Assembly: GCF_006345805.1 (NCBI RefSeq)
Contig: NW_021825491.1
Location: 1-15,336, forward strand
Source of the DNA: Octopus sinensis
Taxonomy: Eukaryota
Reading direction: 5' to 3'
Length of the DNA: 15,336 bases
Part shown: positions 1 to 8,358 of the stretch, piece by piece
How positions within the stretch are numbered: position 1 is the stretch's first letter
Layout: the number at the start of each line of letters is the position of its first letter
The notes under the pieces: generated by a model
The model's input: the letters and a program-made list of their open reading frames with translations, nothing else
What the model was told of the DNA's origin: nothing
Database searches by the model: none
Program-made: the position numbers and the translations under genes

Positions 1-56
1 AATGCTTATATAGTTATTTCCCTTACAAACCCGAGCAACGCCGGGCGATACTGCTA

Positions 57-57
<1 letters not shown>
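1..57 (+). mobile_element. Helitron 3' terminus (rest of element lies upstream of window)
   Basis: GC hairpin CCCG-A-GC-AAC-GC-CGGG (30-45), 8-nt spacer, then CTAG (54-57) followed by T. This is the canonical Helitron 3' end. Confidence 0.65.
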
Positions 58-98
<41 letters not shown>

Positions 99-113
99 TT
101 AATACACACACAC

Positions 114-161
<48 letters not shown>

Positions 162-220
162 TATACTACTTGGAAATGGATCGTGGCGTTCGATAAATAA
201 TAATAATAATAATAATATAA

Positions 221-297
<77 letters not shown>
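58..297. repeat. Compound (TA)n/(CA)n/(TAA)n microsatellites
   Basis: Directly visible simple repeats with a short unique spacer (about 160-195). Confidence 0.95.
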
Positions 298-298
<1 letters not shown>

Positions 299-300
<2 letters not shown>

Positions 301-800
301 ATAAAATACAAAAATGGGACAAGAACGCAAAAAATCCGAACAACTAGATGATGATACAAAAATGGACAACAAAACATCCAGACAGACGATACAAAGAAAC
401 ACGGACGGACCATTCGAAGCCTTTTATCTTCAGTCAAGAACCGCATTTTCCTCACAATTTCGGCTGATTAATCGTGAGATTGCTCGAGTTTGGCCAGCCC
501 AAAGGAAAAACTAAGCTAAGAGCATTAGATTCCTTGGAAAAAAGCATCGAATGTATACGAAACAAGGACGGAGAAACGGACGATGTTACACGAATACAGA
601 TACAAAAATAATACAAAAAAACAACAATAATAATAATAACAGGACATAAAAACAGGCGCCTTTCGACTGGGGACGATTGAATTCAGCTGGCGTGTTGGGA
701 ATTAAGCCTTACGGCAGAGGGAAGAATATCGATGTGGCAGTGACCGTGGTCAAACGAAAAAAGGGCTAGCAGTCTGCCAACGGTCACACGAGAAGAGAAG
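299..800 (-). mobile_element. Interspersed repeat copy A, inverted partner of 1011-1396; possibly a Penelope-like pseudo-LTR
   Basis: 421-800 is the reverse complement of 1011-1396, including a 59-bp exact match (512-570 vs 1247-1305). The family assignment is inference from the inverted arrangement and a CTGAAGA...CGAA motif near the end. Strand is nominal. Confidence 0.6.
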
Positions 801-1010
801 TACACATTTCACTAAATTTTGTACGACTTCTTCAACACTCTCTCCCCCCCTCTCTCACAATTCTTTGTTTTTCTTACTTTGCACTTCACTATGACCCTGT
901 CTCTCTTTTTTCTCGCCACTCCTTGATTCTTCCGTCTATCTACTGCTTCACTCTCTCTCTCTTTCTCTCTTTCTTCTCCCACTTCTTTATTCCTTTGTTC
1001 TTCTTTTTCT

Positions 1011-1396
1011 CTCTCTTCTCTTCCTACGTGACCATTGGCCGACTGCTAGCTCTTTTTGCGTTTGACCACGGTCACTGCCACAATGACACTCCTCCCTCTG
1101 CCGTAAGGCTTAATTCCCAACACGCCAGCTGAATTCAATTCCTCCCCAGTCGAAAGACGCCTGTTGTTATATCCTGTTATTATTATTATTATAATTGTTT
1201 TTTTATTATATTTGTATTTATATTTGTGTAACATCGTCCGTTTTTTCGTCCTTGTTTCGTATACATTCGATGCTTTTTTCCAAGGAATCTAATGCTCTTA
1301 GCTTATGTTTTCTTTGGGGCTGGCCAGATTGGAGCAATCTCAAGGTTAATCATCCGAAATTGCGAGGATGACCGGTTTTTGACTGAAGATAAAAGA
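1011..1396 (+). mobile_element. Interspersed repeat copy B, inverted relative to copy A
   Basis: Aligns by eye to the reverse complement of 421-800 (roughly 85-90% identity in the segments compared). Homology fades into the fold-back at 1394. Confidence 0.6.
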
Positions 1397-1492
1397 CCTT
1401 GCAAACATATATAATTTCAGTGAAATATAATATGTAATTTCACTGAAATATAATATATAATTTCACTGAAATTATATATGTTTGCAAGGTCT
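1394..1492. repeat. Perfect fold-back palindrome with internal tandem duplication
   Basis: 33-bp arms 1394-1426 (AGACCTTGCAAACATATATAATTTCAGTGAAAT) and 1460-1492 are exact reverse complements. A 23-mer is tandemly duplicated at 1427-1449 and 1450-1472 (1 mismatch). Confidence 0.95.
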
Positions 1493-1530
1493 AGACAGGT
1501 ATCTTCAACCAGCTAGCAAGCAATGCTACT

Positions 1531-1570
1531 CCAGACTGATGACGAGCAAGACACAGAAACATGACTCTGG
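1531..1570 (+). ncRNA. Degenerate minimal type I hammerhead ribozyme motif
   Basis: CCAGA-CTGATGA-(13 nt)-GAAA-CATG-AC-TCTGG. Stem I CCAGA/TCTGG and both core boxes are present. Stem II does not pair, and GAC replaces the GTC triplet (one change restores the palindrome ACATGT). Confidence 0.4.
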
Positions 1571-1689
1571 GTGCAGGCTTAGCTGGATGGGGGTACTTGT
1601 CTCCCCCTTGTAAACATAAGGACACAGGGAATGTAGGGCTAAATAGCCTTTATGGGACTGTCACGTTAATTTGACAGTATACAACTGCT

Positions 1690-1896
1690 CTATGTATATA
1701 TATTTGTATTTATATACATATTTATGTATACGTATATATATATATTATATATATTATATATATTATATATATATATATTATATACATGTATGTATATATA
1801 TACATGTATGTATATATGTGTGATTTATATAGTATATATATTATATAAAACACATATAATATATGTATATATATATATGAATGAATATATATATAA
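1690..1896. repeat. TA-rich compound micro/minisatellite
   Basis: (TA)n with a TTATGTATACGTATATA-type unit that recurs at about 2570, 2680, 2758 and 2808. Confidence 0.9.
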
Positions 1897-2049
1897 TTAA
1901 TGGTTGGGAATATAAAATTCCAAACTTACAAGGAAAAATTCAATTTGGCAATGCTAAATTAAATTTCACGATATATGATATATGTAAATATTTAAGAGAC
2001 AAAACATCTATTTAGTTATTCAAATAATAGTGAAAGATATTATCTATAA

Positions 2050-2313
2050 TACAGCAATTGCAGCGTAGAAGGTGTTTATAAGCCATTTAAGAAACACACA
2101 AAATCCGTTAGATTCACTTCAACATTTATATTTAATTTGCCAAAATATTTTCGTCGCTTTGAGACTGCGACCTGTTCACTGACAAAATTCCGTGCTGCAC
2201 GGAATTTTGTGTGTTTCTTAAATGGCTTGTAAACACCTTCCACGCTGCAATTGTTTTCGTTCCAGCACACGATCTCAGATCAGGTCACTTGCTATGCAAG
2301 TACATCTCCGTAG
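2050..2313. mobile_element. Short retroposed repeat with inverted duplication, copy 1 (hammerhead-bearing, Penelope-like)
   Basis: Flanked by the 10-bp direct repeat TTATCTATAA (2040-2049, 2314-2323). Internal inverted repeat at about 2056-2109 and 2199-2253. Same family as 9474-9679. Confidence 0.75.
2136..2186 (-). ncRNA. Variant minimal hammerhead ribozyme fold (G3:C8 core), copy 1
   Basis: Minus strand reads TTTGTCA|GTGAACA|G|GTCGC|AGTCTCAAA|GCGAC|GAA|AATATT|T|TGGCAAA: 7-bp stem I (one G-U), 5-bp stem II, palindromic stem III. Confidence 0.6.
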
Positions 2314-2548
2314 TTATCTATAACAAATCATATAGAAAGATTTTAAGTATATTTTAATAAATATTATTCTAAAAATCACTAAATTAAATAAACATAGTCA
2401 ATTAATGTTTATTTAATTTAGCTATTTTTAGAATAATATTTATTAAAATATATTTAAAATCTTTCTATATGATTTATCATAGATAATGTCTTTCACTATT
2501 ATTTGAATTACTTAATAGAGGTTCTGTTTCTTAATTATTTACATATAT

Positions 2549-2618
2549 ACGTATATATATGCATATATATTTATGTATACGTATATATATATAATTCATA
2601 TGTTATATGTATATATAA

Positions 2619-2655
<37 letters not shown>

Positions 2656-2698
2656 AATATATATTATATACACATATATATTTATGCATACGTATATA

Positions 2699-2743
<45 letters not shown>

Positions 2744-3230
2744 GCACACATACATAGTTATGTATACCTATATAATATATATATATTATATATATTATAT
2801 ACACATATTTTATGTATACCTATATATATATATATACTATATGTATATATATGTGTTATATAATTGTTAAATTTATAATTGTTAAATTTTAATTTATATA
2901 AATTATTTTATGTATTGGCTTAGTCTTTCTTTGTTTGATTGCATAATAGGTTTTGTCTCTATAATAATATAATATAATATGTGTGTATATATATGTATAT
3001 ATATATATGTGTGTATATATGTGTATAAATATTATATACACATATATATAATATATAGATATATGCATATATATATGTACACATTATGTATATATTATAT
3101 ACACACATATATTCATAATATATATATAATAATATATATAAAAATATATATAATGCGTATATATATAGCGTATATATATATATAATATAATATATATATT
3201 ATATATATATATATATATGTATATATAATT
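2549..3230. repeat. TA-rich compound microsatellite tracts
   Basis: (TA)n-derived low-complexity DNA with a short unique island at about 2900-2960 and a 15-mer tandem ATAATTGTTAAATTT at 2860-2889. Confidence 0.9.
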
Positions 3231-4159
3231 TGTTGAACTCCGCAATGTAAATGAAAATAGATTTTTACTTACCAGCATTTTAATTAGCACAGATCCTAAT
3301 TAGCAAAGCTATTAGTCAACTCAATAAGGAGCTATCAGAGTGTTTTCCCGACCAATATGACTTAATATATATTCGTTGTTTACTTTCGCCTTATAAAATG
3401 ATGAGACTGGTCAACACTATTTTCTTTACCAAAGTAACTGGAATGATTTAAGGCAAAACTTTTTTCTGCTGAATCTGCCTGCAGCATTTGTGTTTCTAGT
3501 GTACCTCTAGGTTTGACGTATGTGAGAAATCACCACGTTGAGTCTTCTTTGCCTCTATCATTTTCATGACAAACTGTAGTTACTGAATTGGTTTTTAGGC
3601 ATTACAGTCATCTTATACATTTCATATTAAATGTCGAAATTAGAAATAATTTTAGTTTTATTATAAAGCATCAGAACTATAATACAAAATGTACACCACC
3701 ACCAAATATTATCACACTGTAATTATAATAACCATGAAAAAAGAGGCACAAAATAGTGTGAAAGACAACGCTGTAGTATTGGTTAATTATGTGTATTAAA
3801 ATATACCAACCAATCCTTCAAAAAATACTGTTTGTACGATTTTCTTTCCTGTTGTTTAGCAGGGCATTCACGCTGACGTTTCCGTCAGTAGTCTACCATC
3901 ATGTGTCTGTCCTATGTGTCTTGATATCTTTCCTCCGTTACTCTCTCCTTGTTCCCCACTAAAATTTCCAAATTTCTCCGGCAGTATGTGGAAGTGGTTA
4001 TGGAGAAAGTGTACTTTTATGCTCATAATAGCACCTATATTTTTAAAGTCTTTCCACCAGTTCGTCATAAGAGTTTGCTTTCTGACCACCCAAAAAGTTT
4101 TCAATAACTGAGATATAAATATACCAAGCAAAAGCTTCAACATCTTTTTTCTTTTTTTT

Positions 4160-4580
4160 CTTTTATTTCTTTTACTTGTTCCAGTCATTTGACTACGGCC
4201 ATGCAAATCGACCCCGGGACTTATTCTTTGTAAGCCCAGTACTTATTCTATCGGTTTCTTTTTGCCGAACCGCTAAGTGACAGGGACGTAAACACATCAG
4301 CATCGGTTGTCAAGCAATGATAGGGGGACAAACACAGACACACAAATACGCACACACACACCCACACCACACACACACCACACACAACACACACACACAA
4401 TATATATATATATACATATATTACGACAGGCTTCTTTCAGTTTCCGTCTACCAAATCCACTCACAAGGCATTGGTCGGCCCGGGGCTATAGCAGAAGACA
4501 CTTACCCAAGATGCCACGCAGTGGGACTGAACCCGGAACCATGTGGTTGGTTAGCAAGCTACTTACCACACAGCCACTCC
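4160..4580 (-). mobile_element. tRNA-derived SINE, family 1, with about 22-bp internal deletion
   Basis: Minus-strand head GGAGTGGCTGTGTGGTAAGTAGC...GGTTCAGTCCC with A/B-box-like motifs, conserved body, internal CA/TA microsatellite and TAAAAG-type tail. Near-identical to 4992-5404 and 5961-6368. Confidence 0.92.
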
Positions 4581-4991
4581 ATATATTTAAAGAAACTTCT
4601 AGAATCTTTGGTGAATTTACGAATATGAGGACCAGTAAATATTCTTCTTTTTTAGCTTTTCACTACTCAAGTCCAGGAAGAATCTGCAAATGTACGTGAC
4701 GCAATTACCATCATTTTTATGTGAAGCGTTAACAAATTGATTCATCAGTACAAGTTTGAAATGGAAGTGAGCAGAGAATGTTGTTGAATCTCTTTGAACT
4801 AATGGTTCATTAATGATGTTGGCTGTTCCTGTGGACATTATGTTCCTTGCAGACCATGTAACTTTCTTCCAATGATGTTGCTTTACTCTACTGTCCCATA
4901 AGCTCATGAAACAAAGGTATTTTGGATGCCTTTTACTGCTGAAGCAAAAAATTCATCTTTGGGTAAACGCAAATATACCACTAATGCTCAT

Positions 4992-5404
4992 ACTCTTTAC
5001 TCTTTACTCTTTTACTTGCTTCAGTCATTTGACTGCGGCCATGCTGGAGCACCGCCTTTAGTCAAGCAAATCGACCCCGGGACTTATTCTTTGTAAGCCC
5101 AGTACTTATTCTATCGGTGTCTTTTGCCGAACTGCTAAGTAACGGCGACGTAAAGACACCAGCATCGGTTGTCAAGCAATGCTAAGGGGACAAACACAGA
5201 CACACAAACACACACACACATATATACATATACATATATACGATGGGCTTCTTTCAGTTTCCGTCTGCCAAATCCATTCACAAGGCTTTGGTCGGCCCGA
5301 GGCTATAGTAGAAGACACTTGCCCAAGATGCCACGCAGTGGGACTGAACCCGGAACCATATGGTTGGTAAGCAAGCTACTTACCGCACATCCACTCCTGC
5401 GCCT
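4992..5404 (-). mobile_element. tRNA-derived SINE, family 1, full length
   Basis: Same structure as 4160-4580 with a (GAGTAAA)n tail. A short direct repeat CTCAT (4987-4991, 5403-5407) restores the transposase reading YHEH when the SINE is removed. Confidence 0.93.
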
Positions 5405-5602
5405 CATGATAGCAAAGTTACTGCAAGACAATTTAGACATTTTCATATATAAACCAGTTTCCATTATGTAATAATGCTGGGTGTGTTTATAAAAGCCTCC
5501 ATATTCGTGGTCGGATTTGGAGAAAAGTCCAGGAATGTTATTGCAGCAGATAAATTCATCATGGTTGTAACAACATTTGAAATCAATACTATCATTAGTA
5601 GT

Positions 5603-5800
5603 AAAGCGGTGAGCTGGTTGAATCGTTAGCACAGTAGGTCCTTACGTTCTTAGTTCAAATTCCGCCGAGGTCGACTTTGCTTTTCATTCTTTCGGTATTG
5701 ATAAAAGAAGTACCAGTTGATCACTAGGGTCGTTGTAATCGAATTATTTCCTCTCCTGAAGTTACTGCTTATGTGCCAAAATTTGGAAACCATTATTATC
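5603..5800 (+). mobile_element. tRNA-derived SINE, family 2, internally deleted head
   Basis: GCGGTGAGCTGGTTGAATCGTTAGCAC...GTTCAAATTCCGCCGAGGTCGAC (A/B-box-like), followed by a (CTA)n tail. AGTAGTA flanks it at 5597-5603 and 5875-5881 (possible TSD). Confidence 0.8.
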
Positions 5801-5802
5801 GT

Positions 5803-5855
<53 letters not shown>

Positions 5856-5873
5856 TACTACTACTACTACTAC
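5803..5873. repeat. (CTA)n microsatellite, probable SINE tail expansion
   Basis: Directly visible. Confidence 0.95.
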
Positions 5874-5960
5874 CAGTAGTATAACCTTATGAATGATAGC
5901 TCAGATGATCTTGTTAGTAATGATGCTAGTATTACTGTTAAGTAATAGTTGTTATCATAT

Positions 5961-6368
5961 CTCTTTTACTCTTTTACTTGTTTCAGCTATTTGACTGCGG
6001 CCAAGCTGGAGCACCGCCTTTAGTTGAGCAAATCGACCCCATGACTTATTCTTTGGAAGCCTAGTATTTATTCTATCGGTCTCTTTGCCGAACAACTAAG
6101 TTACGGGGACGTAAACACACCACCATCGGTTGCCAAGCGATGTTGGGGGGACAAATACAGACACACAAACATATACACACACATACATATATATATATTC
6201 ATATACGACGGGCTTCTTTCAGTTTCCGTCTACCAAATCCACTCACAAGGCTTTGGTCGGCCCAAGGCTATAGTAGAAGACACTTACCCAAGGTACCACG
6301 CAGTGGGAATGAACCCGGAACCATGTGGTTGGTAAGCAAGCTACTTACCACACAGCCACTCCTGCACC
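5961..6368 (-). mobile_element. tRNA-derived SINE, family 1, full length
   Basis: Third near-identical copy of 4992-5404. Confidence 0.93.
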
Positions 6369-6498
6369 TGCAAGTAGTATGCATTGTGGTTGTGGGTATA
6401 GTATATAGACTAGAGTAGTAGATATCCTGAATGCTGGTTGTAATAACGATGCTTGAATACTTATATAACCGCGATGTGGGTGCTGGTGTACATGTTGG

Positions 6499-6538
<40 letters not shown>

Positions 6539-6617
6539 TATGAAACAAATTTCGGCAGTATTCATATTCTCAATGTGGGTAAGTATATGTACTACAGACC
6601 AGATAACCTTTCTATTT

Positions 6618-6954
6618 GGTACTCCGTCTGTTACGACGACGAGGGTTCCAGTTTATCCGATCAACAGAAAAGCCTGCTTATGAAATTTGCGTGCAAGTGG
6701 CTGAGCACTCCACAGGCACGTGTACTCTTGACACAGTTCTCAGGGAGATTCAGCGTGACACAGAGTGTGACAAGGCTGGGCCTTTGAAATACAGATACTA
6801 CTCATTTTTGCCCGTTGAGTGGACTGGAGCCACGCGAAATAAAATGTTTTGTGAGTGGAGCAATGGGAAATAAAAGGTTTTGTGTCACCGGGAATTGAAC
6901 TTACGTCCTTACGATTGTGAGTCGAATACTCTAACCACTAAGCCACGTGCCTTC
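6618..6954 (-). mobile_element. tRNA-derived SINE, family 3
   Basis: Minus-strand head GGCACGTGGCTTAGTGGTTAGAG...GTTCAATTCCCGG, central CCACTCA...AAAATGAGTA block, degenerate ~30-bp tandem duplication (6817-6883), and a 3' tail homologous to 11577-11745. Confidence 0.85.
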
Positions 6955-6959
6955 AGTAG

Positions 6960-7260
6960 TATTTATATCCGCAGTATACGTAGTGGTAGTGACAATAATG
7001 ATGATGGTACTAAGTGTACTATAATAGACTACAGTAGAATGAATGTCACGGTCGTCTCTATTCGCACTACAGCACGAACTACAGCGGTATTATGTCCTCA
7101 ATGTCAGTGATGTTGTAGTGGCGGTGGTAGTATGTGTACTGCAATACGTACTACAACATCAATGTCAGTATGTAACGGTGATGATGATGTAACGGTGATG
7201 ATGATGTAACGGTGATGATGATGATGATGATCGTAGTATTAGTACTAGAACCTACTGCAG
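6960..7260. repeat. Degenerate GTA/GAT-rich minisatellite with a 17-mer triplication
   Basis: TGTAACGGTGATGATGA x3 at 7171-7221. CAATGTCAGT and GTACT..AATA..ACTAC motifs recur. Confidence 0.7.
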
Positions 7261-7810
7261 CTGTTTTATATGAGAGTAGTCGTGTGAAGACAATGGTACT
7301 TATATTTTCGATGTTCGTAGTGTCCGCCATATTTATTTGCTTGGCTAACGGCTAGAAGTTACTACTTATATCATAACATTGATTTGGCTGTAAAACCAGA
7401 CGACCTAGAAACTTGACTTCCGATAGAAAAAGATGCTGATGCTGATGACGATGACGATTTTCCAACTACTATGAAGTAGAAGGAGAAGAAATGAGAAGAA
7501 AATAAAAGAAGAAAAAAAACAAACAAACGACGATAACTGAAATAAACAAATAAATAAATAAAAGCCCAGAAATATAAGAACTGTAGAAAAAAAGGAAGAG
7601 ATGAAATCCTTCACCACCTACCCAGTCGAAATGAACATTAAGATAAAGAAATAGATAGCCATGTGTGCTTACGTGTGTGTGTGTGTGTATATGTGCATGT
7701 GCGTATGTGTGTGTGTGTGGGGGGGGGTGTATGTGTGTGCGTGTTTGTACGCGCAAGGTTGTGCGTGTAAGTATGTTTGAGGTTACGAAGAACGTTAATC
7801 AACGATTGAT

Positions 7811-8210
7811 GTAGGTATGGCCGTGTGATTATGATGATTGCTTCGAGCGTAGGTCAATGCTTCAATCGATTGAGCGGAATCTTTGGCACATATCTGCTAT
7901 AGGTATCGGTTGACCAGCAGGCTGTGGAGTAGAATTTGGAAGACGAGGTCTGGGTGAGCTCCATCGCATGCATACACAAACATATGCGCGTATTTGTATG
8001 AGTACGACATGTGCCTACGTCGGTGTCTCCGTCTTTGTTACATTTGCTTTTGTATATGCAGTGTTTCCTTAACAGTTCGAAAATTAAGAAAACCGGAAAA
8101 ATAGCTACCAATCACTTATGTGAACTGGGGTCGATATGATTAACTAAAACCTCTTGACGATGGTGCCCCAGTATAGCTGTAGTTCAATGATCGAAACAAA
8201 CGAAAAATAC
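7811..8210 (+). mobile_element. Old, diverged family-1-related SINE
   Basis: Recognisable blocks GTAGGTATGGCCGTGTG, CTGCTATAGG..GACCA, GAATTTGGAAGACG and CTGGGGTCGAT...GGTGCCCCAGTATAGCTGTAG..GAAACAA, collinear with the reverse complement of 4992-5404. Confidence 0.7.
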
Positions 8211-8358
8211 TCAATACAAATGTTGAGTTATGTACACACACACGCGCACGCATATATACTATACTATTATTCAGATATTAAAGATAACACATCATTACTT
8301 TTAAGTTTCAAACTGAGGTAAAATAATCTTCAGAGGATTAAAATATCGTGTTCTTCAG

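Larger units (their letters stand above)
1978..2548. mobile_element. AT-rich fold-back (MITE-like) palindrome interrupted by an insertion at 2050-2313
   Basis: 1978-2049 plus 2324-2395 form the imperfect reverse complement of 2405-2548, with a 9-nt loop at 2396-2404. TA repeats lie at both outer ends. Confidence 0.8.
3818..5600 (-). pseudogene. Degenerate DNA-transposon transposase, Chapaev3 (CMC)-like, split by two SINEs
   Basis: Collinear minus-strand peptides: FICCNNIPGL, IVLQ*LCYHE|H*WYIC, FLLQQ*KASKYLCFMSLWDSR, NIINEPLV, HFKLVLMNQFVNA, IFTGPHIRKF, ENFLGGQKANSYDELVE, MSIKVHFLHNH...FGNFSGEQGE, HMMVDY, RKSYKQYF*. These match the remembered family motifs CFLCLWDSR, PPLHIKLGLMKQFVKAL, GIFDGPQIR, MSxKVHFLHSH and SEEQGERFHQD. 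Many stops and frameshifts. The family name is from recall. Confidence 0.75.

Noticed and set aside
408-433. CTGAAGA...CGAAT GGTC on the minus strand of repeat A as a hammerhead
   Set aside because: GAAA is broken, and neither stem II nor stem I pairs convincingly; kept only as weak support for a PLE-like identity.
156-455. ORFs rich in YIYI, CVCV, HTHT or SLSL (also 2979-3290, 8985-9380, 9579-10031, 11846-12257, 13234-13492)
   Set aside because: They are translations of (TA)n, (CA)n, (CATA)n and (GA)n microsatellites, which lack stops in some frames.
3490-3575. Possible minus-strand exon (FVMKMIEAKKTQRGDFSHTSNLE)
   Set aside because: Poor donor (GTACAC), no polypyrimidine tract and no recognisable homology.
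4510-4580. tRNA genes at SINE heads (also 5335-5404, 6300-6368, 6890-6954)
   Set aside because: A/B-box-like motifs are present, but the cloverleafs are incomplete and each continues into a SINE body.
4307-6418. Recurring ORFs containing MPRSGTEPGTMWLVSKLLT
   Set aside because: They are antisense translations of SINE family 1, repeated with each copy, not genes.
7171-7231. CRISPR-like array
   Set aside because: Direct tandem units with no spacers, in eukaryotic context.
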